Below are positions 12,232 through 23,171 of a stretch of 64,000 nucleotides of DNA, piece after piece; positions within the stretch are counted from its first letter, which is position 1, and each line of letters starts with the position of its first letter. This DNA comes from Blepharisma stoltei ATCC 30299 (taxonomy: Eukaryota > Protista > Ciliophora). Location: the NCBI GenBank assembly GCA_965603825.1, contig CBFDEM010000057.1, forward strand, positions 186,001 to 250,000, written 5' to 3'. The translations under genes were made by a program, and so were the position numbers. The notes under the pieces were generated by a model. It searched no databases. It was not told the DNA's origin and saw only the letters and a program-made list of their open reading frames with translations.

Positions 12232-13091
12232 ATTAAAAACTTAAAACAATCTGTCATTAAGGATCTCGAACAAACTGGGAGCCTAAACCAAATCAGAGCC
12301 CAAATAAAAGAAAAAATTTTGGTTGCTGCTGATCTAATTGAAGCAAATAAGCCAGTTCCATCGCCTGAGACTGAAGTTGTATTGAAATCTCAGGCCGGGC
12401 AAATTTGTGCGGAATTGATCAGGGATTTTTTTGAAAGCTACAATTTAAGCTACTCTTTAAATGTATTTTTACCAGAATGTCACTTGCCGGAGCACAGAGA
12501 AAATATACAGCAGCTAGAACAAATTTTAAACCTTCAGTCAGAGCCATGCAAGCCTTTATTGTATAGCATCATTGAAGATAAGTTTTCTAATCTTGAAGGG
12601 GAAGAAGAGGAAGAGGAATCTTTTGAAAATGAATACTTAAGACAAAAACAAGACCCCAGAGGACAGAGAAGCCAGGAGTAGGCTCAAAATTTTCAGAAAA
12701 AAGAACTTTTGCACCAAATGAATCAGGGTCAATTGATGAAGAAATTAGTATTGATTTGTCTGATGAAGAGAAATTTAAGAGAGATGAGTTGGTGAAAAGC
12801 GGAGGAGCGTCAATGGGGAATGATCAAAGTGCCTCTCTCGGCGATATGATCTTGGCAACAGTGAAAAAAGGCAATCCAGAGCTCAGGAAAAAGGTTATGC
12901 CAGCTGTCATTATAAGACAAAGGAAACCATGGCGACGATCTGACGATATCTTCATTTGCTGTGAAGACAATGCAGGAGTCATTGTAAATCCTAAAGGAGA
13001 AATGAAAGGCTCAGGTGTCTCTGGCCCAGTCACAAAAGAATGCGCAGATCTCTGGCCTAGAGTGTCATCTAACGCAGGAGCTATAGTTTAA
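12232..13091 (+). pseudogene. disabled chimeric FOP-like::RPL23 gene at the duplication junction
   Basis: Relative to the intact copy at 14088: ATG->ATT (12232), CAG->TAG (12679-12681) and a 1-nt deletion near 12700. Then fused at 12830 to a 5'-truncated RPL23 ending at 13091. Confidence 0.92.
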
Positions 13092-13130
13092 CCAGATAAA
13101 TAAGCATTTTCTATGGAGATAATAATTTAA

Positions 13131-14066
13131 ATGTCAGGGCTTTCTTCATTAGAAATTGACGTCTTTGACAGGCACATTAACGACCTTATGCAATGCAAGC
13201 CACTTGCGGAACTTGAAATTAAACTTCTGTGTGAAAAAGCTAAAGAAATTTTAGCTGAAGAGTCCAATGTGCAAGCTGTAAAGTGCCCTGTGACTGTGTG
13301 TGGGGATATTCATGGGCAATTCTTTGATTTGTTAGAATTGTTTAGAATTGGTGGGAAAACTCCAGACACAAATTATCTGTTTACAGGGGATTATGTGGAT
13401 AGAGGATATTACTCAGTTGAAACTGTATCGCTATTGGTTTGTCTTAAGGTCAGGTATCGTGACCGCATCACGATTACTCGCGGAAACCACGAGTCAAGAC
13501 AAATTACACAGGTTTATGGGTTTTATGACGAGTGTATGAGAAAGTACGGCAATGCAGCTGTGTGGAAATATTTTACCGATCTTTTTGATTATTTGCCTGT
13601 AACAGCGCTGGTTGAAAATCAAATTTTCTGTCTTCATGGAGGGCTATCTCCTTCTATTGACACGTTAGACCATATCAGACAGTTGGACAGAATCCAAGAA
13701 GTCCCACATGAAGGGCCTATGTGTGACTTATTGTGGTCAGACCCAGACGGAAGATGTGGCTGGGGCATTTCTCCTCGTGGAGCTGGGTATACTTTTGGAA
13801 AAGACATATCAGAACAATTCAATCATACAAATAACTTAACTCTAATTGCCAGAGCCCATCAACTAGTTCAGCCAGGCTATGACTGGCAGCACGAGCGTCA
13901 TGTTGTAACGATTTTTTCAGCACCCAATTATTGCTATAGATGCGGAAACCAAGCCAGTATCTTAGAAATTGATGAAAACTTGAAGTACAATTTCCTTCAA
14001 TTCGACCCAGACCCTAAGCAAAATGAGCCAAATCAAGTCAGGAAAACTCCAGATTATTTCTTATAG
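13131..14066 (+). CDS. PPP2C: PP2A catalytic subunit, near-canonical copy
   Basis: Retains [42 protein letters not shown]. Confidence 0.97.
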   Translation: MSGLSSLEIDVFDRHINDLMQCKPLAELEIKLLCEKAKEILAEESNVQAVKCPVTVCGDIHGQFFDLLELFRIGGKTPDTNYLFTGDYVDRGYYSVETVSLLVCLKVRYRDRITITRGNHESRQITQVYGFYDECMRKYGNAAVWKYFTDLFDYLPVTALVENQIFCLHGGLSPSIDTLDHIRQLDRIQEVPHEGPMCDLLWSDPDGRCGWGISPRGAGYTFGKDISEQFNHTNNLTLIARAHQLVQPGYDWQHERHVVTIFSAPNYCYRCGNQASILEIDENLKYNFLQFDPDPKQNEPNQVRKTPDYFL

Positions 14067-14087
14067 TAATAGATTCTTAATTAAATA

Positions 14088-14756
14088 ATGGAAAACTTAA
14101 AACAATCTGTCGTTAAGGATCTCGAACAAACTGGGAGCCTAAACCAAATCAGAGCCCAAATAAAAGAAAAAATTTTGCTTGCAGCTGATCTGATTGAAGC
14201 AAATAAGCCAGTTCCATCGCCTGAGACTGAAGTTGTATTGAAATCTCAGGCCGGGCAAATTTGTGCGGAATTGATCAGGGATTTTTTTGAAAGCTACAAT
14301 TTAAGCTACTCTTTAAATGTATTTTTACCAGAATGTCACTTGCCGGAGCACAGAGAAAATATACAGCAGCTAGAACAAATTTTAAACCTTCAGTCAGAAC
14401 CGTGCAAGCCTTTATTGTATAGCATCATTGAAGATATGTTTTCTAATCCTGAAGGGGAAGAAGAGGAAGAGGAATCTTTTGAAAATGAATACTTAAGACA
14501 AAAACAAGACCCCAGAGGACAGAGAAACCAGGGGCAGGCTCAAAATTTTCAGAAAAATAGAAATTTTGCACCAAATGAATCAGGGTCAATTGATGAAGAA
14601 ATTAGTATTGATTTGTCTGATGAAGAGAAATTTAAGAGAGATGAGTTGGTGGAAAGCGGAGGAACGTCAATGGGGAACGATCAAAGTGCAAGCTCGCTGA
14701 AATTTGAACAGTTTGACCATGTTGAGCCTGTAAAGAAACCTATGTTTAGAGTTTAA
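14088..14756 (+). CDS. FOP/CEP43 (FGFR1OP)-like centrosomal/basal-body protein
   Basis: N-terminal L...V...LE..G.L..IRAQI and LisH-like ELIRDFFESYNLSYSLNVFLPE; C-terminal DQS.S......FDHVE.V. Confidence 0.8.
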   Translation: MENLKQSVVKDLEQTGSLNQIRAQIKEKILLAADLIEANKPVPSPETEVVLKSQAGQICAELIRDFFESYNLSYSLNVFLPECHLPEHRENIQQLEQILNLQSEPCKPLLYSIIEDMFSNPEGEEEEEESFENEYLRQKQDPRGQRNQGQAQNFQKNRNFAPNESGSIDEEISIDLSDEEKFKRDELVESGGTSMGNDQSASSLKFEQFDHVEPVKKPMFRV

Positions 14757-14826
14757 TTTAATTCAAAATAGATTCATGTGAAATTTCATTAATTTAACTA
14801 CAGTTTAATAACTTTTTCTTATAAAA

Positions 14827-15375
14827 TTAAGGATATTTAAACTTCTCAAGACCTTTCATAAGGTTATTGATATGTTTCTCATTATCCATAACAAGTCTGG
14901 AAACATAATCCTCATAATTAATCACATTTGTTTCTAGATCCACAGAATAGGCTTCAAAATCTTGCCATTCCTTCTCATAGAAAGGGATCCCATTTTTCAG
15001 CAAAAGCTCTTTCATTGCATCAACCTCAATATACCCTTTTCCCTCCGAATCCAAGACTTTAAAAGCTGCCAAAAGCGTTTCTGCATCATCAGGCTCGAAC
15101 TCATTATTTATGATTGCATTCAGCATATATTTCTCGAATTTTTCATAATAAACATAATTAGTTGGCTCATCTTCTTGTATTTCTGGTAAAATCACATCGA
15201 CAACTTGTGCTTCACTGGGATATTGCCCAAAGTATTTCATTATATAGCTAACTTCTTCTCTGACTATATAACCTTTTCCTTCTCGATCTAGATATGAAAA
15301 GGCTTCTCTAATCAGCGATTTCAGGTATTCAATTTGCCTTAAGCGATCGACTCCAGATTTGGTATGCCTAAACAT
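14827..15375 (-). CDS. EF-hand protein, DRC8/EFCAB2-like (dynein regulatory complex)
   Basis: EAF..LD.EGKG....EEV..IM...GQYPSE, EDEPT.YV.YEKF, LLAAFKVLDSEGKG, INYEDY. Confidence 0.8.
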   Translation of the reverse strand: MFRHTKSGVDRLRQIEYLKSLIREAFSYLDREGKGYIVREEVSYIMKYFGQYPSEAQVVDVILPEIQEDEPTNYVYYEKFEKYMLNAIINNEFEPDDAETLLAAFKVLDSEGKGYIEVDAMKELLLKNGIPFYEKEWQDFEAYSVDLETNVINYEDYVSRLVMDNEKHINNLMKGLEKFKYP

Positions 15376-15403
15376 ATTTTAATTACTTAGAAAATAAATT
15401 AGT

Positions 15404-16072
15404 ATGGGCATTTGCAGCTGCTCAAATAATATTTTTATAGACTCAAATCCTAGAGAACTATGCTCAGTGAATATAAATAACGCAATTTTAAAAGTGATCT
15501 ATGGGGATATTCTCAGAGAAACCTCTCAAGCCATTGCCAATCCAGCAAGTTCTGGGCTGCTAAATAAAATTTGAAATGATGCACTTATTTTAAAAGCTGG
15601 GTCGTCTCTTTTAGATGAAGTCACATCATTCTCAATGAAAAATGGGCATTTGCCCGTTGGCTCAGTATTCGAGACTGGCCCTGGCAACCTTGGTTGCAAA
15701 TTTGTAATTCATGCAGTTGTTCCTGTCTATATAGACGGAAACCAAGGCGAAAAGAATTATTTAATGAAAACCTTATGGAAAATCCTGTTAAAATCAGTCG
15801 AATTAAAATGCACGTCCGTATCAATCCCTCAACTTTCGTCCGGAGCTTTCGCTTTTCCTAGAGAAGAAGGCTCAGATATCATGCTTAAAACAATAACTTC
15901 TTTTTTTGAAAAAAATGAAAATTCACCTTTAAAAGAAGTTAGGATTTTGAGCACCGAATTAGCATCTGTTAATTTATTGAAAAAATTAATGCTGAAAAAT
16001 TTTGATTTAGTGAAGGATGGTCGCTTAAGATGCAGATCATTCGGACTGGAAGACATTAAAATTTTTGAATAA
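15404..16072 (+). CDS. macro-domain protein with N-terminal MGICSC acylation motif, 222 aa
   Basis: ATG 15404 is in frame with ORF 15635 through TGA 15572. Motifs VIYGDI, AIANPA, TGPGNLGCKFVIHAV.P, SVSIP.LSSG.F.FP. Confidence 0.85.
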
Positions 16073-16189
16073 ATACCGATATAATTAATTTTTGTCAACA
16101 GAATTGTATGATTTTTTTTTGCTATTTAGAATGACTATGATGATTTATTCTTATTTTATAGCCTATATATTAGTGTTGAATAAATTAAT

Positions 16190-17008
16190 TTAAGCCCATT
16201 CCTGTACTCCTCCATTATACCAGAATCTTCCAGATTCTTCTCCTGTATACTTTATCATAATCATAGGAGTAATTGTACCTTCGTCTACAGAAAAAGGGGC
16301 AGATGGACCTCCCATATCAGTTCTCAAGTGGCCTGGACATACAGAATTTACCTTGACTTTAATTCTTCTGTCTCTAAGCTCTCTGTCTAGTACTCTTGTA
16401 TAACCATTTACAAGGACCTTACTCACTGAGTAAGCTTGAGTTGGCCAACCTCTTGCAACCCAATTTCCTGCTCTTGTGCCTTCAAGAAAATCATGAGCTA
16501 AGCGAAAAAGTTCTTCTCTTGTCAAATAATCTGAAAGAAATCGCTCAGCAATTTCTGGATCTGGAATGCACTGTGTGCTGCCCATTCTGGATGAAACATT
16601 AATTATGTGCCCGTTTTCCCTCATAAGAGGCAAAATCACTTCCGTCACATTGACAAGCCCATAAAAATTGCTATCTAAAGTCGATTGTACAATATCAATT
16701 GTAAATTGGCCTGTTTTTGAGTAAATTGCAGCATTGTTAACAAAGACATCGATATGGCCGTATGTTTTTTGGACAAACTCAGCAAAGTTTCTGATGCTTT
16801 CTAGTGAAGTGACATCTAATTGCTGGTAGTGTAAGCGGCTTTGTTTGCCATACTTCATTTCAAGCTCTCCTTTAGTTCTGAATCCGCGCTCTGTATTTCT
16901 GGACGTCATCAATACTACATCAAATTCAGGAGCTTCTTGAATGATTTTCTCAATAATCGCTTTTCCTAACCCTTTATTCGCACCTGTGATAGCTATAATT
17001 TTCGCCAT
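16190..17008 (-). CDS. short-chain dehydrogenase, carbonyl reductase (CBR1)-like
   Basis: TGANKGLG, NNAA, VSS, YSVSK, VCPG..RTDMGG. Confidence 0.93.
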   Translation of the reverse strand: MAKIIAITGANKGLGKAIIEKIIQEAPEFDVVLMTSRNTERGFRTKGELEMKYGKQSRLHYQQLDVTSLESIRNFAEFVQKTYGHIDVFVNNAAIYSKTGQFTIDIVQSTLDSNFYGLVNVTEVILPLMRENGHIINVSSRMGSTQCIPDPEIAERFLSDYLTREELFRLAHDFLEGTRAGNWVARGWPTQAYSVSKVLVNGYTRVLDRELRDRRIKVKVNSVCPGHLRTDMGGPSAPFSVDEGTITPMIMIKYTGEESGRFWYNGGVQEWA

Positions 17009-17964
17009 AAAGATTAATATTTAATTAGAAAAAGATTGGTTGAAGCTGATACTATAGTTAGTGTTAGGGGCTAGATAAGGGATTTATAGATTAAAATATT
17101 GATATTATGGCTAGTTTCATTAGATAATTAATTAAAGCTTATAAAACAAGAATTATCTAATAAATGTAATTTATCCTTGTGGCTGGTCTCACATATGATT
17201 TCACTGAGAGCTAATATAATTTAATTGAAATTAACCTAAAATCAAAAAGCTATTAAATTTTATTTTCATTCATTTTTTGTATGTTGAATAATAAGTTGGG
17301 TTAAAATCATATCAATGTCCTTAATACGATATTATCGATGAACGCTTATTGGTTATTCTTGATCGAGAATTCCCATCGAATTCTTGAGTTAATACATTAA
17401 TCCAGGCTTGGAACAATTTAAGGAATAGGTAAAGAATGCCCTACCTCATAAAGAGCAATAATATCTTCTTTAGCATATCAATTTAAACTTAAAAATAAGA
17501 TATTACTAACTCAAGCTTTTTGCTTAGAAATTATGATATTGCACTTATTAATTGAACATGATCTAATTTTTTTGTTGTTTAATAGTCCATGATACGTTGA
17601 GTCATTATTTATGCGAATTTTAGCTGGCTTGAATTGATGTATTTTCAGAAATTATCTCTTATCTTATTCCATTTTATACCTTATTAAATATATGCATATC
17701 AAACTCAATTTTCTATATCTAAAGCCTGCATCATTTTTAAGCCAGTCTAAATAAATAAATAAATTTTTGAGTACAGAAAGAAGCTTAATATACTCAGCAA
17801 ATCTATATAGAGCGTTGAGTAATTTTAGTTTAAAAAATTAAATATAAAATATTGCTAAAAAAGACTTTATGAATGATAACGAATCCCCAAATTAATTATG
17901 AATCGAAAAAATAATTTTAGGCCAAATTAAATAAAGTACATTGTTATTAGTTAAAAATTGTGGT

Positions 17965-18192
17965 TTAAGCAAAAGCAACTGAAGATTCAGGTGTTTTAAT
18001 TTGTACGACGTTTATATGATAAGATTCACCTTGCCAGGATTTAAAAGAGTAAGTGACTATTCCATTATTTCTTTTTAGTCTCATCTCAAGATCGTTTACA
18101 ATAAGTTCTGCTGTTGATATTTCATATGACATTAGGTCATCTGATGAGTCTTCCGAGAAATCTTTTGGTTTTTTCGAAATTCCGCAGCCCAT
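17965..18192 (-). CDS. small N-acylated protein, family member A (75 aa)
   Basis: ATG-to-TAA ORF in an AT-rich desert; clear paralogue at 18812-19027 supports coding status. Confidence 0.75.
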   Translation of the reverse strand: MGCGISKKPKDFSEDSSDDLMSYEISTAELIVNDLEMRLKRNNGIVTYSFKSWQGESYHINVVQIKTPESSVAFA

Positions 18193-18811
18193 TTTATATT
18201 TTATAATCTAGTAAAATGAACAATAAATAAATAAATAATAACTAATTAAATATGACAAAATTTTTCTGATAATGCAATTTTATTTTTGATTATTGGGCAT
18301 GAGGAAAGACATTTTATTGAAAATTTTTGCCAATTTTTAATTTAAATAATATTTACCAAACTTTATGCTTCTATATACACAAAATGATTATCTATTGAAA
18401 ATTCACATATATTTTGTTTTCTTGAAGTTTTTCTGCATTCAAACAGCATAAATCTAAACTTTTGTTAAAAGAAAATTTTGCAGAAAAAATAAAACTCTTT
18501 TTTTAATCTGATTAATTTTTTATTATGACTCTAACTTTATTCTAGTTTTTTCAATTACGCAACTCAATTAATTCCAAATTCTGACATTTTTAAAAAAGCG
18601 TTTTAATCCATTTTAGATAATTCTTTTCTAATTAATTTTAAGCCTAATTATGGATTTGTGATTCATTCCAGAACAACTTTAAGCCATAAGATTTTATCAT
18701 CAAAAGCTTAAATCTGCTTCTCTTCGAATTTACATAGAATTCAAGTAAAATCAGAATTAAGCTTAATAAAAGTAGCAAGGTTAATTATTATATATGTTAT
18801 ACCATTGGATT

Positions 18812-19027
18812 TTAGGTAAAAACAACTGAAGTCTCTGGTGTTTTAGCCTGTGAAACTTTGATGCAATAAGTCTCGCCTCTAGACTTAAAGTTATAAGAGA
18901 TACCGCAATGAAGAACTAATCTTCTCGAGCTTAGGCCCTTTATTATCACCTCTGCGTCTGTTTGATCGACAGGACTCTCTTCATGAAGTACGTTTTTGTT
19001 TGGTCTATTTGGAATTCCGCAGCCCAT
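18812..19027 (-). CDS. small N-acylated protein, family member B (71 aa)
   Basis: Shares MGCGI, AE.I...L, GI..Y.FKS..GE.Y.I.V.Q.KTPE.SV.F with 17965-18192. Confidence 0.75.
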   Translation of the reverse strand: MGCGIPNRPNKNVLHEESPVDQTDAEVIIKGLSSRRLVLHCGISYNFKSRGETYCIKVSQAKTPETSVVFT

Positions 19028-20438
19028 TTTGTATTTTATATTTTCTGTAAATCAATCGAGAATAAATGGGCAAGATTTTAAAAAAATGTTATCAGTTTCT
19101 CTTTATTTGGGCTCAAGAAGCGAAAGTTTTAAATAAAACACTATAAATAATATTTATATGACGCTATGAGTAAATTATTGATGGCTGGTTTTAAAATTTT
19201 TTTTTTTTAAAAGTTGATATTCTTCCCAAATTGATTTCAATGACATTAGTTGTCTAATATTAAGACTGAATCTCCTATAGTAGTAAATAAATATGTATTA
19301 GTTGCTTACACATCATAATTTTGTTGGTTAAATTCAGTTATGACTAGCTTTAGGAAGAACGAAGAGCAATAATTCTTATAAATAACTATCTAGAAATGAA
19401 AAATTATTGTTAGGTCAGTCTTTGCTATATAAGACGGATAATATGACACACGAAAAAACTGGATCTAGATAAAAGTGGCAACTTTTCAATTATTTTGGAA
19501 AATAAATTTGGAGAATTTTCAGGAAAATAATTTATATCATCAGAGTATCAAAAATGTTAAAAATGATTATTTCGACAAGGATGAGTCAGCTAAGCCAATT
19601 TAAAACTTCTCAGCATTTAAATTTTATCCAGCCATTTTAATATCACCTTTTTCGGCTTTTGTCCAAAGCTTCTAAATAATATGGATTAATATTCTTATCA
19701 ATTATTTAATCGGCAGGAAGCAAATAAAAATGCTATTTTAACTATACTAAAATTTTAAATATATATAAATCGATTTTCGTTTTGCTAAGTTCAATAAGTA
19801 TGATAAATTCATTATAAAATTTATTAGGATAGCTTATAATTTTGTATTTGCTTTATTATCAAGCTATTTTCTAATATAGATGAATTCTTTCCTTGACGTT
19901 TATTATTTTTAGTCTTTAGTAAAATCTGTTTTGTATTTATCAACAAAGCAATAAGATTTGAAACATTAAAATCAATTTTTATGTACAGATAAAATTTGTA
20001 AAATATCTAGCAGATTATAAATTAATGTCAAGGTAATTAAACAAAATTATTTAGTGATCTAAAAATCTGATATCAATTTAATATATTTAATCAAGCTAAG
20101 ATATAAATTCTATATGCAAAGCAATCTCAGATTTATTTTTAATTATATCTATCCATTTATCAAAAGATATGAGGTTGATTAAGATTCATCGAACTTCAAA
20201 GAAAATTGCTCAATTGTAATTTATTTATGAATGATTCCTATATAAAATCTGACTTCTTAGCCAGCATAAGCAGTAAAAATGATTATAAAATATTAAAAAT
20301 TAATTTCTCGACAATTAATTGAAAATAAGTCTGAATAATTTTCAATAGTCTGTTTTATATTTTTATTACTGCTGGAGCAGGTATGATCTCGCTTAATTAA
20401 TATTCCATTTTATTGGTGAAATATTCCTAATAATCTAA

Positions 20439-20879
20439 ATGAAAGCAATTCTCTTCGGATTATGCTTATTCGCACTTGCATCAGCAAATGGCTTGGTCGA
20501 AACAAAGCTTGCAACACTTGGAGGAAACATTGGGAGTAATTGTGATCCATCATTAACCACATACAGCGTCACAGCTTTCCTTGTCACACCTTGGCCTCCA
20601 ACAAAGAATGTTTACCTTAATCTCAACATGACAGGGACAGTCAGCCAAGCAGTAACTTTCCAAGAAATGGACATTTTCGTCACATTCAATGGTGTTAACT
20701 TCTACCAAGAAACTGTTAAGGAGTCAGGCACTTATAAAGCTGGACAAACAGCAACTGTAATTTTCAAGGTATTTTTACCTGGAATTGCTCCTAATGGAAA
20801 ATACGGTGTCATTACCAAGATTAAAGATACTGCAGGCGCTTACCTTAATTGTTGGCAAGTTGCTTTCTCTTTAAGTTAA
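20439..20879 (+). CDS. ML-domain (NPC2/MD-2-like) secreted lipid-binding protein
   Basis: Signal peptide; NC...V.P.PP, P..AP.GKY.V, L.C..V.F.L pattern. Confidence 0.8.
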   Translation: MKAILFGLCLFALASANGLVETKLATLGGNIGSNCDPSLTTYSVTAFLVTPWPPTKNVYLNLNMTGTVSQAVTFQEMDIFVTFNGVNFYQETVKESGTYKAGQTATVIFKVFLPGIAPNGKYGVITKIKDTAGAYLNCWQVAFSLS

Positions 20880-21469
20880 GCTATTTACTTTTGGATAAGC
20901 TAGTGATCTAAATTTCTTAATTAAGGTAATTAGTTGGGTTGACCAAAGATTATTGAAACGAAATATAATCAGGCGGTCAACGAAAATTGAGAGGACTGAG
21001 ATGGAGAGAGATAATTTTTATCAAAATATTACCAAGTTAATAATATTTGAGCATTTGAAGCAATATCATCAAATTATGATATTATAAAATAAGCAAAAGA
21101 AAATATGATTCAATATATAAAATACAGCACATAATTGATGATAAAAGAACCCATCTTCAAGCATCTTTTCATATTCCTCTATAAATTCTTGCTCTCCTTC
21201 ATAACAATTCTGATCTCGTCCACTATTAATATAGAGTAGATAATGATTGTTTAAACTGATAAATTAAATAGATTTAAATATCCAAATTTTTATTGTTTTT
21301 TTATTTAGTGCATATTCCCTTTTGGCATTCTTTGTGGTAGCTCTATTAGTTTTAGCATCATATAATTTTTTTAGAACTATTTAGCAAGCTTGAAACCCTA
21401 TTTAATAATTTCATTCCATAATAAATCAGTTTTCCCATTTTTTCAAAATCTGATCAGTTACATATTAAA

Positions 21470-21979
21470 ATGAAAATAATAATGCTTAATAATTATTTAA
21501 ATCCCATGCTAGCAACCATCTCCAAAAACCTTAGCAATATACCAAACCCTATGCTGAGACAGAGTTCTCCTAATTCCAATAGCAACCAAGATAACCCAAT
21601 GTCTATCAAAGCTATAATAGCTGCTAAGAAAAAAGCGACAGAAACCGACTTCAAGGCAAAATATAAGACCGAAATGTGTAAAAATTGGGAAATTGGGTGC
21701 TGTGAATTCGGCGATCAGTGCGCATTTGCCCATGGAGAAGCTGAACTCAGAAGCAAAACTGGAATAATTAAAAAATATAAGACTAAAAAGTGCAAACAAT
21801 TTTACGAGCAAGGATATTGCATTTATGGAGGAAGATGCCAATTCAGGCATAGAGATGCTTCACCCGAAACAGCTGAAAGCTCGCCAATTCCTTGCAAAAT
21901 GCCTGATAAATTTAGTTCAATTGAAGTAACTAAACGAAGACTTCCGATATTTATTGACTTGGAAAGTCGTGAAATTTAG
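21470..21979 (+). CDS. TTP/TIS11 (ZFP36)-like tandem CCCH RNA-binding protein (true start may be Met at 21506)
   Basis: KYKTEMC...C.FG..C.FAHG..EL and KYKTKKC..F...G.C.YG.RC.F.H; C-terminal RRLPIF motif. Confidence 0.92.
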   Translation: MKIIMLNNYLNPMLATISKNLSNIPNPMLRQSSPNSNSNQDNPMSIKAIIAAKKKATETDFKAKYKTEMCKNWEIGCCEFGDQCAFAHGEAELRSKTGIIKKYKTKKCKQFYEQGYCIYGGRCQFRHRDASPETAESSPIPCKMPDKFSSIEVTKRRLPIFIDLESREI

Positions 21980-22055
21980 GATAATTTGTCCTAAGTAATT
22001 AATGCATAATATAAATAATTAATCCGAATTTAAATTAATAAACCTTTCTTAAATT

Positions 22056-22607
22056 TTATCCCAAGGATGCCATAGATATAAAAGAACAAATCCTGCTCGC
22101 TCTTTGCGATCCTCCAGACTCTAATAAACATGTGAAATCATAAAAATTCAAGTCATCCTCAACATCTAATCCAGCTTCTTCAAACATAGCCTCAATGTCA
22201 ATAGTGAGTCCAAATTCAACTTTAATAATATCAATCAGTTTTTGTTTCTTCACAACTCCAGTTCTATCAATATTTCCTCCCATTGCAACAAAAGTATTGA
22301 CGATATCGATGTCGACTTCTTCTTCATCTTTCAAATTAAGCTCTTTTAAATAGCTCCAAGCTCTTAAGGCTGTTTGCAAATCGATTTTTGTCACACCTCT
22401 TCCTTCAACGAAGGAGATAATCTTTACCATTTTATCATCTGATGGACTTTCACCAACTGCTTCTAACAAGCTATGGAGTTCGTGGATATTTACCGCCCCA
22501 ATATTGGCACGATCCATAATGTGAAATTGTTCTCTCATGTAGTCTACTTCTTCTTGAGTTAAATCGAGGTCTTGAAAGGTTTCTTGTCTGGTTTCAACTT
22601 TTTTCAT
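22056..22607 (-). CDS. calmodulin-like EF-hand protein, outer-arm dynein LC4 (18-kDa light chain)-like
   Basis: FVAMGGN.D.TG.V...KL..IIK.EFGLTIDIE motif typical of LC4. Confidence 0.8.
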   Translation of the reverse strand: MKKVETRQETFQDLDLTQEEVDYMREQFHIMDRANIGAVNIHELHSLLEAVGESPSDDKMVKIISFVEGRGVTKIDLQTALRAWSYLKELNLKDEEEVDIDIVNTFVAMGGNIDRTGVVKKQKLIDIIKVEFGLTIDIEAMFEEAGLDVEDDLNFYDFTCLLESGGSQRASRICSFISMASLG

Positions 22608-23171
22608 TTATATGGTATGATGGAATTAGATCAGCGCTTTAAATTTTTTTATGAATAAAGAGATTAATTCTTTATGAAAATATTGTTTACTTTTAAGAAT
22701 TTATATCAATTTGAGAATAGTTTTTTTATAAAATTCAAGAAATCTGCTCGAGTGAAAGTAAAATAAATCTTGATTTTCTAAAAATAAAAAAAACAAAAAA
22801 TTGTCAATATATCTAAATGCTCTTGTGATAAATAATATAAAAAATATAAATAATAAGCAAATTTTTGCATTTTTGAAATAAAAAATTAAAAACTTGCAAA
22901 ATTCTGAAATTTTCTTCTAGTAACAAATTGGTTTTAGTTAAAATAAAGAATAAAATAAGCAGTCAATTAATTTTTTAATAGAATTACAATTATTATCATG
23001 CTTAATTCTTAAAGTTTCCATTATCTTAGCATTTTTCTTAAAATTCATATCTGTAACTTTTAGCATCATAATTCAATCTCAAATAATTCCTTTTTTTATT
23101 TGTAATTTAATTTACCAAGCTTATATTTATGAATAAATTTTAATGTTATGAATTTTAAGCACACTTGCTAA

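Larger units (their letters stand above)
10971..14686 (+). repeat. direct tandem duplication, about 1.86-kb unit (copy 1 10971-12829; copy 2 12830-14686)
   Basis: Near-identical sequence at offset 1859 (PP2A starts at 11272 and 13131). Unit = 3' part of RPL23 + PP2Ac + most of the FOP-like gene. Junction at a shared TGC (12830-12832). Confidence 0.97.

Noticed and set aside
12756-13091. Functional novel fusion protein ORF (111 aa)
   Set aside because: Starts at TTG inside a disabled gene and lacks the RPL23 N-terminal third; treated as part of the pseudogene.
17062-17069. Single TGTTAGGG telomere unit as a chromosome-breakage or telomere site
   Set aside because: One 8-mer in 64 kb is expected by chance; there is no array.
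19300-19620. Coding-like purine-rich patch (also about 21100-21240) as genes
   Set aside because: Interrupted by TAA/TAG stops, with no start or recognisable domain; at most decayed remnants.
17009-20438. Retained IES or transposon in the long AT-rich spacer
   Set aside because: No terminal inverted repeats, transposase fragment or interrupted gene visible; cannot be assessed without a germline/soma comparison.
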